From assembly GCF_000150275.1 (NCBI RefSeq), contig NW_002060966.1, positions 467,922 through 531,921 of the forward strand: 64,000 bases of DNA, given 5' to 3'. The translations under genes and the position numbers were made by a program. A model generated the notes under the pieces. It was not told the origin of the DNA. It searched no databases and saw only the letters and a program-made list of their open reading frames with translations. The DNA is from Trichoplax adhaerens. Taxonomy: Eukaryota > Animalia > Placozoa. This document shows, piece by piece, positions 41,047 through 54,665 of the stretch; position 1 is the stretch's first letter; each line of letters begins with the position of its first letter.

Positions 41047-44000
41047 TTTGTGTTAATTGATAATGCCCAGCTACCAAGCTCCTGTTATTGCGTTGCTTAG
41101 GTTTTAGGTTATATAAATTTTAGCTGGTACTGTTTTTAGTTATAAATTGTGTATATTCAAGTTTCGTTATTGTTTTGAAATTTCTGGCGACAGCCACTGT
41201 GCTTCTGTAGTAATTAACGATGAATGTAGCTTATATAGTTTCCCTAGATAATGCTATTTAAAAATTTACGCTCGCATTGCCTTTTGTGTTAGTAGCTAAT
41301 ATGCTCCTGATAGAAATTATATACGATTGCCTTTGAGCCAGCTTCAGCTGCTTCCTCATTCCTTGTTATAATTCAGATGTAATAAATTTAAATCTTTACG
41401 TATTTCTAACTTGCAGTATGATTGTGATATTTGGGGGATATGCTTAAAAGCGCTGCAGAATAACATAAGCTTAGCTTTATTGATACGAAACTAACTATGC
41501 ATCGTTTCAAACCTAATCAATCTCTAGGTTTAAACATTATCAATAGATCAGTTTATTACATTGCAAGTATTATAACATGAAGCTCTTGGTCTCTACATGA
41601 GTGACAAGTACAGCAAAGTGAAGGAATGAGACTAAGTAAACCTGAACAAAAGTTTTGTGTCCATTACGATTTTTTAAATAATATTGAAGATTGCAATAAG
41701 CTAAAATGATCTTAACATTTCTTCTATTACTTCGCTTTATGCTCGTTGTAGCTTAAAATGTTTCCTGAATCAAGAGTAACATATTTTCTTGAATCATAGG
41801 CTTGTATTTTAATTTTTGATTCGATAGTTACTAACCCTGCATAAATATTAGCTTTGTTCGTTCGATAGATTGTTTATTTAAAACTAGTTAGTGTAACCTC
41901 CCAGGGAATTGTTTTTCTATACGAGAAGACCTAACGTGTTGCTCACGTATATCTATGTAGTTTCTAAACTTCTTGAAATAATTGTTAGTGAGGATCCTGA
42001 AAGGATCCCTACTCTCGCAAGTACACTACTTGTAAACTTTTCTATAAGTTCTATAGGGTAGTCCATAGCAATTCCTACTAACGTATAATAATATTGCTAA
42101 TTTATTCAACAATAAGGGCGATATGTTACCGTCGCCAGTGCATTATCAAACATAACTTATAGTCAAAACTTAATTATGATTTCTTCCAATTTGAACTTTT
42201 AATACTTATTGGTTAAGGTACCCAAAAAAATTTACGACTGTGCTCTCCTCTACGAATGGAACTTTATTGCTGAACTAATTTCCAACTAAAAACGATTACA
42301 TCAAATGAAATTTTACAGAAATAGTATAGATACCTTACCAATAGCTCTCTACTTTTTGAATGGCGTAATCTTCGCCGAGCAAATGGCTTATAAGGACATT
42401 GTTTAAACGTAAGAGATATATGATAAAGTCAATCCATTAGAGCGGCTGCACGAAATAAAGGGTTAATTACTAAATATTCATTCTAAACTTTTATAGGAAA
42501 ATGAATACGATAATTAAGAACTGATACCTCTATTTACATACGTTACTTTACGTAGGCTACTAGAAAGCTGAATTATTTGAAACTTGCATTTTCTAAACTT
42601 AAAAAGCTGCCGTGTAAATTGATTCGATGTTTGCCTGTAGGATGATCAAATGGAGTATCAATACGAGAACGAGCTCATTTATAAGTTTTATTTGAATTAA
42701 ACTTGTCGACTAGACTGGTCGAATTTGCTTTACGATGCACAATTCTATCATTGAAACCAGCAAATCTACCGATAAATAATCCCTAGTTTACACTCAAGGA
42801 CATAAATTTGTGGTAGTCAGCTTGAAATGCCCCCAATATATAAATTTATTAATCGATATTTAGTTGCTTTATCAAAGGAAAATATGTTATTTTAGTAGAA
42901 ACCTTCTCGCGACATGAATTAAATACCGCTAATCCAATGATGAAGAAGAAGGTATTAATGCATAGAAGTTATTTAGTGTGACCGTGCGCCAGCAAAACAC
43001 TGGAAAGATATATAAAGGGTCACGGCCCAAACACATAGAGAGTTTTTTACAGTTGATCTAGTTAGTGATCTGAGCTGATAAATAATAAAGTAACTCTAAA
43101 CGCTATCGAATAGTCTCTCACTGAGATTAAGAAAGTTAGTCTTAGTCTGTACTATTCATCAAGAGTTAGTTTGAAGAATAGTCGGTGACAGTAAGTAGGT
43201 TAGTAGTTGCTAGCCTTGATAGTACAAGTGTCGCAGAGGAGATTTGTGACACATGGTTACATTAGCCAAGAAAGCAGTAAACGCCTGGCTAGAATATTGG
43301 AACAAGAAGCGAAAACTTTTGTGAATCTGGGTAGGTATCAAGATATTTTCACAAGTACAGTAAGTGTAAATTTACAAGATTAGGGGCTACATGAAGAAAT
43401 TAGGAAATATGTTGGAGATAAATATTACAAATTCCGCTAATTTGCCTCCCTGAAAGTATTTTAAAATTAAAAAGAAATAAAGTACGTCAATAGTCATGCT
43501 AAATTCACTATTATTTTACTATAGACCACAAAAGATGGGTAAATAGATAATAAAATGAGAAAATTGGATCAAGATAGCAGGAATACTTTGAGTAGCCCTT
43601 TTATGGCCGCAAAATATATATACTGCCCTGATTTTTGCTTTAGTTAAGAACTATGGGTTTGACATATTTATACTTCATAATCTTAACGTAAAGTATACTT
43701 AACTAGATGTAACCGATCTCTAAATATCAATAGAGCTTGAAGGCAAATTTATATGCTCATATGCTTGTAGTAAATTATAATTTCCTATCTTTCCATTGCA
43801 ACGAATTTTTAATCGAAAATTTGTAGCATTACTCACGCAGGAATATTTTACATAAAATATTTTAGTTTTAACTAATATCGAAACATCATAACTACATTTG
43901 ATAGAGTAAATTTTATATAAACATTTTAATTAAAAAGTGATCTAAAGATTAGAATACTGCCGAAATCAGCACGTTACTTGGAATTTACGCTATTGAAGGT

Positions 44001-44639
44001 ACTGGAGGTTTTTCAATTAATTATTTATTATAAAATGGAACTGTTGCTAATATATAATCAAAGAAAATTCCACAAGAGTTGTTAGAGATCATTAAAAAGA
44101 ACTGATTAGTTATCCGACGAAGAATTTTATCATCCATTGCAAAATGAAAGTTGCGCTTTAGGTTGCAACTAAACTATAAAAAATTATTAGAACATTTTTT
44201 TAATTCATATTATTTCTTGTATAGAGCTAAACTTTATAAGAATAAAGTGGCATCTAGCAGATTTATTCAAAATTGATGTACTATTTTGATTATTAACGTA
44301 AAGTAACACTATAATTATTTTATCCGCTCCATTAGTGATATGTCGGATTTTTGCCTAGCTTTTTATCTTGATTGATACGAATATACTTCTTCATCGATGG
44401 AGTTATATATTCTAAAATATTTCATTGGAAGTGATGCCAATCGGTAATCCTGCAGTGTGCCGTCTTAAAATATCTGCCATCTATAAATACTTTATTGAGC
44501 ATGCAGAATACGTCATTTTGTCGTTACCTAATTCAGCAAGAGTATTTTTAATACATATTACTATCAACTTTTGCTGAAATCATTACAACTTAGTATATAA
44601 GCGATTGCATAGCAGCTATCAATATTTTGGTAATTTAGT

Positions 44640-44695
44640 AAATTAGTTGGACAGTTAGTTAGTAGGTTAGTTAGTTAGTTGGTTAGTTAGTTGAA
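44640..44695. repeat. Imperfect (GTTA)n microsatellite
   Basis: gttagttagtaggttagttagttagttggttagttagttg. Confidence 0.85.
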
Positions 44696-44895
44696 TAATC
44701 AATTGGTTGCTTGTTCATAAAGTGAGAGGACACTTTTGTAAGGATTTCAGAAATTAAGATTTGTAAGCTTGAAACTAGCTGATGAAGTATTTTTTAGAGA
44801 ATTGATCGGCGAACTATAGCTGAGGAAGTAATTTATCGACACAGTAGAAAATTTTAAAGTAAGAAGAATGAGATTTTTTCGATTTTGTTGTCACG

Positions 44896-47010
44896 AAACA
44901 GCTTTGCAACAAGATAACGTAATGTATGATTTATAAGTCAGTTCCTTGAACCACGTATCAAGCAACGATATCACCACTGTCATGAATACTTTACTCAACT
45001 AGCAAACTATACAAAGACTTAGACGCCTCATATTTTACGTTAAACACTTAGTTTAAGAATTAACTTTATTACCCGATTTACTGCAATTATACACTCTTCC
45101 TCAAGAGTTTATGAATCTTAGTTTGTACGATTAACTTTGGAATAATTCACTGAATTAGATATTAATTTTAGCTACTGCTCCCTAATACAGACAACAGTAT
45201 TTACGAATAAAGACATCTGATGACTAACTATTAATTTCATTTTATGTTTATAACATTATTACATTAATATTTGCATACTAACAGATCCAATTTGTAGTGG
45301 TAAGTATATTTTATACGTATAAAATAGTTTACTACTACATCACCCAGACAGACTGTCAGAATTGTTGCTGAAACTACAAATTCAATTGGTTGTATCCCTG
45401 TTACGATGAAATTTTCTAAATTTCATCATTCATTAGATTTTACACTTTTTATTTCGTCAAAATTCATCCAAAATTTGGTTAGTAAAAGTCATTTTTAATT
45501 TCCTATAGCATTTCGCATTGCATTAGTATATAACTTACTTGAGCCTGTGTTGAAATAGCAGTTTTTAAATATTTTAAAGTTTTAAAAACTTTGGCATATT
45601 ATTCTGATCTTTAGCTCCTAATAGCAAGGTTAAGCTGATTTGGATGGAAATAAGTCGGAATTTACTAAGTTATATTAATAAATAATACATATTTCTCTTA
45701 TGGATGTACTGTTTGTTGAATTAAATATTCACTCCACGTCCTATTAATTCAGTCAGAGTTTAAGAAATTATTTTACTAACCACAAGCACAACATTACTTA
45801 CAGTTAAAGTAGAGAAATAAATTGCTTTGCTAGAGCTATAAATGCATCAAAAAGACAATTCTAATTGAAAGCAAGATAGAATGGTGATTTATCAGGTCGA
45901 TGAGAGAAAAATGCAGTTACTTTTATTCTCTTCTTCTATCACAATTTCGGTCCTCATAGGCACGAATTCCCCATACAGTTGTTGATCAGCAATAAACCTT
46001 CAAGTGTCCGTTATGAGACGATGGATTGATGAAATATAAATCTGACTTTGGACAATTTTCTAAATAATAACTGGTACGGTGGAAGGCTTATTTTAGGTTT
46101 AATCAAATGAATAAACTAATTATTTGTACGTAGCATATTCATGAATTAAATAATTCAGGATTTTATAATTCCTGAAATTATTACAATTAATTAAATTAGC
46201 CTCTTATACTGTGAGGTTTATGATACGTTGAAAGAATACAATTTTTAAAGGGTAATTTATGATTTTAGTCACAGTCAAATAAATACCAAATTATAAAATT
46301 GGCATGAAATAGTATTGAGTTATCCTAATAAAACTAACAACTAATCACACAACTTTACATAAATACTTCCTTAGGATTCCCTTTCAATTTGAATAATCTA
46401 CTGTAGCAATCTTATTTTAACCAGATATCGTTTTATCAGTATAGCTAATGTATACTATATTATAGAAACTCACTACAACTATTATGGTGATATAGTTAGA
46501 AAGTGTTCAATATACAAAGTCAAAAAAAATATAGATAAGCAACACTAATAGATTATCTTCGAATAATATCAATACTGTTTACATCATATACATTTACTAG
46601 ATAATAGCTACTTGATATCCAATATGAGGTACAGGTATTCAAACTTTTATGCGTGCACAGGTAAGGTAGTGTTATAAAACAGCTTTGCAACAAGATGACG
46701 TAATGCACGATCAATCAGTCGATTCCCTGAACCACATATCAGGGAGCAGTATCTACTCTTTCAAGAACTCTTTTTTTATACTAGTAGACTATAAAAAGAC
46801 TTCTACGCCTCGTATCTTACGTTAAACACTACTCATAAGAACTCACTTTATTATGCGATTTATCGCATTTATCGGCTCTTTTACAATAGCAAAGACATCC
46901 TAGTTAGTAATATTAACGTTGAAAACTGATAATGAATCAAAGGCTAATTTTATCTACTGCTACCTAATGAAGACAATGGTATTTACGAACATAGACATCG
47001 AATGACTAAT
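44896..47010 (+). repeat. Diverged direct duplication of ~335 bp (44896-45229 and 46677-47010), exon-like
   Basis: Both copies start aaacagctttgcaacaagat and end gtatttacgaa...gacatc..atgactaa, with colinear similarity in between. Confidence 0.8.
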
Positions 47011-49794
47011 ACAAAATTGTCAGATTACAATATGTCCGATCCTGGAACATTTCTGCGATAATCTACAATCTACCATAAGTAAATTATAATTACAGTGATT
47101 TGAATTGTAAGAAGATTATTCTCGATTCTCTAATTAAACAATTAACTTTAGTAGGCTGTATAATCACCATAAAAGCAAGTGCTACATTTAAATGTCTTAT
47201 ATCTAAATTAGAACTCTTCATATAAGTTTAAATCAACAAAATTATCCTAACATAGATGTTTGTACTATAATCTCGATTTTACAGTGTATAACATTACTAC
47301 ATGTTACAGTGTTATATACTGTAACAGGTAGTAATTTATTAAGACCGCACTTAGCTCTATGCATCGATAAATCTTCTGGTTACTTATTAATTAATCGATT
47401 TGTAAGGTATCATACCTAGTATCGATTAATTAATTACACATTGTATTTGGTATGAAATATATTATCACCAACTTTAATCCGATATAAATCATAAAATTAT
47501 TCATAAGTATATATCAAAGATTTGAATGAAAATTTTGACCTAGATTAACTTTTCTTAATCATTCCTGTCACAGGCTTACCACTTTTTCACAATTAAATTC
47601 ATATTACAAAATATAGTTACAATTAAAAAGTAAATAAAATAGAGTTGGTTAACACCATAGAGAATTACTATTATAAATTTAGAGAATTTCACGAGAAAAT
47701 AGTTGAGTCTTGACTGAAAAATTAGTTAGATATACTGTACAATTTACAATGATAAGCAATTACTAAGTAGTTTCTCAATAAAGAGAATCATAAACTAGTA
47801 AATATAGCATAAAGAATCTCTATAGCTAAATCGTCATGAATGTTTTCCAATTATAAATGAACTTTAATTATAATTATTAGAATATACTGATAGCAAACGC
47901 ATAAGGAGAAATATCTAAATAATTAGAAATAATGGGTGTAAAATTTGTACTAAGCAGACATTAGCTATGAAGCATGTAATCAAGAATTGACGGATGCTAT
48001 AGTGCTTCATAAGCTATACGATTATACTAACTTTTACTTAAATCTCCGGAAGTAAAGTTACCCCAATAAAATAGTTTTCCCTATAAATTACATCGATCAA
48101 TTAAATAATTATAAATCTATCAGGAGCAACAACAATTAAATTACGGTAATAAACTATTACAATATATGTAGAGAGCATAACACCTGAAGATTTTGTTTAA
48201 GCTATGAAAAAATATTAAGCGAAGCAGTACAAACTTCACTCAAAACTATTATTATCTATGACAATGTTCGATACATAAATTATCGAACATTTATTTTGTT
48301 TCGATAATTTGACAAGCTTAATAATAAGATATCTGCTAAAGTTAGAATGAAACTTTGTACAACAGAGAGCTTATTTCATCAACACAATATTCTACGGAAA
48401 TCATAACAAATACTTTCATCTGTCCGTCTTATTTCTTATTCCGATCTGTGTCGTAAGAATGCAAATAGTATCTAGGACATTGACATAATATTTATAATTA
48501 CAAAGCTATATGGTATAGTAAACAGTTGAGAGTTTTATATTGGGAGGGTTTATGGCTTTTTAGCTATTGTCAGCAGTTTAATTTAATCCATTACCAAATG
48601 AGATAGTCAATTATAATGTCACACATAGCATAATAGGTCAATTATAATTGTGCCTGTAGGCAAATTGAGTACGCATTATAGATCAATTGACAAAACGATT
48701 TGGTCATAGTCATCTAAAAAAGAATTTATTGTTATTCTGATATACTTATATTTCAGTAGCTGTGAAGCGTTTCTGTATCATTATGATGCAACATGTTTCT
48801 CACATTCTTTAGTTATATTATATTATGCCAAAAATAAAATAGGAAACCGATTAGAAATGGTTATCGAAGAGGCCATAGATAAGATCTATTAATTTGAATG
48901 AAATAAGTTCTTTTTAAATCTGCTATACTATGCAGCGCTCATGCTGTGGTTTGTAATCCAATACTAGCTTTTATATTACTCAGCTAAGAATGAAGAAACA
49001 TTTTACTGCCCTATTTGTATAAGTAATTTGACCTTAATTTATTGCAATCAACCATGTCGTACTGAGCATAAAAGATATTGGCAGGAAATACTTTAGATTG
49101 CCGTTTCTAAAAGCATTATACGCGAAAATTTCTGTTCGAGACACTTGTTGATATGACTACGTAATAACAGTTTACCCGGTAACTGCAAAATATTTTGATA
49201 ATTAGGCCATGGTGTATATACATAATCTCTCATGACCTCTCCAGCCCAAAAGGGCGCTAAAGAGAACGATCTAGATCACCATAGTAACAGATGTAGGCAT
49301 TTCTATTGCATTTTATTTTTTACGATCATTTTATTCTTATAAAATCAAACTGGTAGTAGACTTTTCTTTGGTAGCAATTTGAAATAGTACCGGAATCGTG
49401 CCATATTTGTTATGGATTTTACGATAGCTGATGATTGTTGATAATAAAAGAGCGAATCAAGAAATTAATTGGTTCAGAATATTGACAGTCATGCTTTTAT
49501 CACCATTTCTTAATCACCAATTGTGATTTAAGCTTTTTTTGATCGATTAAGTCACATGGTTAATGACGCAAAGCACTGCCTAAGTAAATAATTCCGATGT
49601 TAATTCGAAGTCGTACTGACAACGATATTCTCCTACTTAATTAAGAATTTAAGTTTGAAATCATAGCAGTTCGTAAACTTCTCATGTATCTGTAAAAACT
49701 AAGAGTAACATTCGAAAATTAAAAGGATATCCAACTCACAGGTTTTAAAAAAGTTCATCAACTTCATCAATCAAAAAGTAAGAAGCAACTTACG

Positions 49795-52440
49795 ATGGGT
49801 TCTGGTAGCAGTCTACAATCTAGAACGGTAGACTATAACGCAACGGCAAGAGCAATGATAGCAAAGGGTAAACGACTTCTAGATAAAGGATTATATCAAG
49901 AATCGCTTCAAGAATATCAAGATGCTTTGCAAGAGATGGATACCATTAATTCTACAAATCCTAATAGATCAAGTAACAAATTGGATAACCCCATGCTAGA
50001 TATTTATCATGGCATGGCGATAGCTCATGAGAAACAAAGCGAATGGACAGATGCAGAATCAGTGTATTATAAAATGATTCTATTGCAAGTCCAATTAACC
50101 GGAGAGAAGACCGTTCAAGTTGCTGATTTATATCGCCAAATGGGAAAATTATATTCAAAATTAAGCCAATTCAAAAAAGCTTTAATCATGCTTGAAAAAT
50201 CCCTTCAAATTCGATTAGAATTATTTGGGATTGAAAATTTAAAAGTAACGGAAGCTTACGATGACCTCGCGTTGTATTATTGCCGAATGAATCGATTTCA
50301 TGATGCCCAAAACAATTATGAAAAATCATATAATATCCGTTTAAGGGAATTAGGCCAAAATGATATCGAAATCGTCAAATCATATAATAATATAGCAGAT
50401 GTTCATATGCAGCAATGCCATTATAATGAGGCTTTGTCCTTCTATCAAAAATCGCTCAATCTTTGTAGACGAATTTATGGCGATAAACATCGTGATGTCG
50501 CTCAATCCTATCAACACATAGGTGATGTTGCTGTTAAACAGTTGCGATATGAAGAAGCGGCGGTCATTTATCAGACATGTTTAAATATGACTTTGGATTT
50601 ATTTGGCAAAAAGCATGAAGATATTGCTCTTATATATATTAAAATGGCTGATATGCATATTCAGCAATCGGAATATCACGAAGCCATGAGTTTGTGTAAG
50701 AAAGTGCAAAAAATGTATCAGCAAATGGATGAAAAAGAAAATCCAAATTCTACAGCACTAACGTTAAAAATAGCTAAAGTCTATCATTTACAGAGAAAAT
50801 ATGATTCTGCTTTAGGATTACTGCGGAGTCTATTGACAAAATTAACTCAGATATATGGGGATAGGCACGTGGATATCGCTGCTACTATGGAAGCTATATC
50901 AGAAGCAGTTTATGAACTTTTTGAATATGAAACAGCACAAGACACTTTTGCTAAGACTTTACGTATGCGGTTAGCATTAACTGGCGAAAATAATGTCGAT
51001 GTTGCGAGGATATATTTTCGCTTAGGTGATATTAACTATGCCCGAGGTAATATTCCTGAGAGTATCAAATCTTATCTTCGATCTCTAAAAATTCGTTTAA
51101 TCGTCTTCGGAGATAGCCATCCATCTGTTGCTGAAGCCGGAGATAGTATCGCGTTTATTTACATGATTTTTCGTAAGCATCATGAAGCTTTGGATTTATT
51201 CGAAAAATCGCTCAAGATCCGCTTACATGTGAATGGCGGAATGAGTCCTAATACGGCTGCATCTTATAAAAATGTTGCTGTTATTTACTCCAAAGTTGGA
51301 AGACTGGAAGATGCCCTAGAAATGCTTCAAAAATCTCTTGATATTCGCTTGCATCTAACTGATGGCAAAAATAAAGATGTTGCTGTGTTATACGAAGAAA
51401 TTGCAACAATCCATGCATTACAATCTAAATATGAAGAAGCAATTACCGCGCTAGAGACATCATTAGAGATTCTAATACCCTTAGTGACGGAGGAACACCG
51501 GGATGTTGCCAATATTTATCTTCGTATCGGGGAAATATATAAAGCCCAAAAATTGTATAACAGGGCAGAGTTTTACTATCATAAGTCATTAACAAAGTTA
51601 ATAGCAGCTATCGGGGATAGCAACTTAGAGGTATCTGGTCGTTATGAGGAATTAGCTTACGTACAATACTTGAACGAGGATTATGATCAAGCAGAAGTTT
51701 TATATGCGAAAGCTTTGGACATTCGTTATACTGATCTGCGCCAAATAGACGAAAAAGTTGCAGAGTTGTTCCAGATACTGGGAACTATATACATGAAATT
51801 AGAAAATTATAACGACGCTCTTATGGTTTTAAATAAAGCTGTCGATGTTAGGACTCAGCTTTCAGCTGATCGCAACAGTGATTCTTTTGCCAATTTGTAT
51901 CAAAATCTAGCTGCAGTTCATACTAGACAATCAATGCAATATAATGCACAGCCTCTATTACTTAAAGCTTTAGCAATTCGAATTAAATTACACGGAGATA
52001 ACAGCATTAATGTTGCTAATACATATGAGGCTATGGCTCATGATTATCAGCAACGCCAGCGATATCAAGAAGCTCTTACCATGTATCAGAAGGCCTTAAA
52101 AATTGCAGATGATCAATTAGGACCTACTCATATATTTGTTGCTCAATTATATGATTTCATCGGAGATGCCTACAAAGACTTGCATGATAACAAAAATGCA
52201 AGAACCATGTATCAGAAATCATTACAAATTCAGGCTGATGTATTGAAATTAGAGAATCAAGACGTTTTAGACTTGTACAGTAAGTTAACTGATCTCATTC
52301 AGCAGCAAGGAGATTCTGAAGACGCTGCTTTACTGTTAAAGCAGGCTAAACTTTTGCACCAGAAATTACCAACCTTAACTACAAATAATATTTCACTTAG
52401 TAAATTAAAATACATTTTCTGGGAAGGCAATCGGTCATAA
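49795..52440 (+). CDS. Intronless TPR-repeat protein, 881 aa, ~19 42-aa TPRs, N-terminal MGSGSS myristoylation motif
   Basis: Long uninterrupted ORF with regular 42-aa TPR periodicity; the N-terminal repeats align with the 23751-24770 TPR protein. Confidence 0.92.
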   Translation: MGSGSSLQSRTVDYNATARAMIAKGKRLLDKGLYQESLQEYQDALQEMDTINSTNPNRSSNKLDNPMLDIYHGMAIAHEKQSEWTDAESVYYKMILLQVQLTGEKTVQVADLYRQMGKLYSKLSQFKKALIMLEKSLQIRLELFGIENLKVTEAYDDLALYYCRMNRFHDAQNNYEKSYNIRLRELGQNDIEIVKSYNNIADVHMQQCHYNEALSFYQKSLNLCRRIYGDKHRDVAQSYQHIGDVAVKQLRYEEAAVIYQTCLNMTLDLFGKKHEDIALIYIKMADMHIQQSEYHEAMSLCKKVQKMYQQMDEKENPNSTALTLKIAKVYHLQRKYDSALGLLRSLLTKLTQIYGDRHVDIAATMEAISEAVYELFEYETAQDTFAKTLRMRLALTGENNVDVARIYFRLGDINYARGNIPESIKSYLRSLKIRLIVFGDSHPSVAEAGDSIAFIYMIFRKHHEALDLFEKSLKIRLHVNGGMSPNTAASYKNVAVIYSKVGRLEDALEMLQKSLDIRLHLTDGKNKDVAVLYEEIATIHALQSKYEEAITALETSLEILIPLVTEEHRDVANIYLRIGEIYKAQKLYNRAEFYYHKSLTKLIAAIGDSNLEVSGRYEELAYVQYLNEDYDQAEVLYAKALDIRYTDLRQIDEKVAELFQILGTIYMKLENYNDALMVLNKAVDVRTQLSADRNSDSFANLYQNLAAVHTRQSMQYNAQPLLLKALAIRIKLHGDNSINVANTYEAMAHDYQQRQRYQEALTMYQKALKIADDQLGPTHIFVAQLYDFIGDAYKDLHDNKNARTMYQKSLQIQADVLKLENQDVLDLYSKLTDLIQQQGDSEDAALLLKQAKLLHQKLPTLTTNNISLSKLKYIFWEGNRS

Positions 52441-53840
52441 CTTTAGCCATTAATTAAATCTTTACAGGTTACTTGTGCATTATTTGTGGCTTATCTTTGG
52501 ATTTGAAGTAATAATTATATAATTGATCTAGTTTCGTCTTTAAATACATAAATAGATATGAGAGCTTTGATTTTCCTGTGATTTTCAAAATATTCATTAC
52601 TAGCCAAGTAGCCTTAATATCAGGATAGTCAGAAACTAATTTAGTAGCATCACATTGATGAAGCATCGCATTGGAATTAAATGTTTGGTGTAAACGAATG
52701 ATAAATCATAATATCAATTTTCGAACAGATTGGCCACATTTTATAGGGATTAAAATTGTATAACGGGAAATACTTAGCTACAATTTTTATCATATGGTGA
52801 ACACCTTTAATCACTATTGAAATTGTAGAAAGAAGACTACGAAACTGCAAGTTCGAAAAATTTTTGTTTAATTGAAATGCCAACTGGACATCTAAGTGAA
52901 ACATTACAAAAATATATAGTAAATGTATATGATTTTGTATTATTTTTGTCAGGACAGATTGAATTTGAATCAACTACTCGAAAAGTCCAAGACTTTTTAC
53001 TATAGTTTATAATTCTCTAGAAATTAGTTACTAAGCCAAAGCACTAGAATTTATTACCTATATCTGTTATAGAAGTAATTTAGAACGCGATGGATATCTG
53101 ATTGGCTCTACAGGAGTTAAACATAAATTGTGTGTGATCTCTAACTGTATATATATATATATATGCTGCAACATTCGCGTTAAATATAAACTTTACTACT
53201 TTTTTGCGGTAATATTTAAATTTACCCAAATAGTATTTTAACAGGATTAAAAAATTTGTCTTGTTATCACGGTCAAGACTTTGTCATGAAATGTATATAC
53301 TGTCAATTATATCTCGAAGTTAATACTGTGTACGCTGTGTAGCCATTGTTAACCAGTATACTTTCGTTGATGAATAATTATTATCCTGCAGAAGTAATTT
53401 ATTAACTTTGACGACGTCTAAGAAAAGTCTCCTTAGAGGCATTACCCATAAATTTTGATCATTTGATTAGACAGCTTATCCAAGCCTGCCTATTTTATCT
53501 TTACCTTAAGTTATGCTATAAATTAAGCGCAAGAGGTTCATAAAATACATACTGTTTTGTCGTTAGTTTAGACTATAACTCATTCGTTTTAATAAAGTCT
53601 TTCATATAATTCAAGCCGTTAGTAGTTTTGTAAGATGTAGAAAACATTTAGCAATGACTTTAAGCGATTCAAAACTTTATTCTCAAAGATTCAGACAAGC
53701 AAAGTTTGATCAATCAATCGGTGAAGCGATTTAGTAAGTGTAAAGTAGAATTATAACTATAATTTTTTATTAGTGCAGGGCTAAATTCGTAGCTATAACA
53801 CCCGCCTACTACGCTAGATGAAAAGTATGGCATCCAGCTT

Positions 53841-54523
53841 CAGATATTTATATCCCTCCTCTTGTAAAATAATTGATAGACTCTTTTACTTGGAGTGGAG
53901 CTTTTGATAGACATGTTATGTATTCAATTATTATGCAGCGTCTGTTTGACTGTAAAAGAATAATTTATAGTTTTGATTTTACTGTTCGTTAGTTATTAGA
54001 GTTTCATATAGCAGTAAGTTATTAAACGTTCAATATTGCCTTATTATAGCAATAAATCTTATTAAAATGTACATATGATCTGAATCATGATGGTTCTACT
54101 CCTTCATACTTTCTAAATTTTTTAAGAACAGATTCGAATCGTTGTTGTTCTCGAACTTTAGCAATCTATCGCATTGAAATGTTTTATACAGATTTATATC
54201 CCTGCTCCTGTAAAACAATTGATAGACTCTTTTAATTAGAATAGAATTCTTGTAGAAACATTATGCAACCACTTTAATTAACTATCCCTATTAGATTATA
54301 AGAGAGTAATTCATAAATTGAGTTTCCCTGTACAGTAGTGTTCATTACGGCTTGCGGTCAATTTGTATGTAACTATGGATATTCATACTCGTAGTAAAGT
54401 TTCATTTAACAGTACCAAATTTTTATTAGAATGCCGTATGATCTGAATTGTAGTAATACTACACCTTTATACTTTCTAATTATTTTAAGAACAAATTCAA
54501 ATCCTTGATGTCATCAAACTTTA
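53841..54523 (-). pseudogene. Tandem ~350-bp duplication, probably decayed TPR coding sequence
   Basis: 53841-54160 is similar to 54189-54523. The minus-strand translation has stop-riddled TPR-like pieces (YQKLHSK*KSLSIILQEEG). Confidence 0.4.
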
Positions 54524-54665
54524 AATAGAATTACGAATAAATAAGTGGCTAAATACTATTTATTCCAAAATGGATCATATCACAGTATACGAATACTTAT
54601 GTTCAAGAAGTATTAACGATCTACCAAAAGAGTAAATAATACTAAATAGAGAGCTTTATAAAGAT

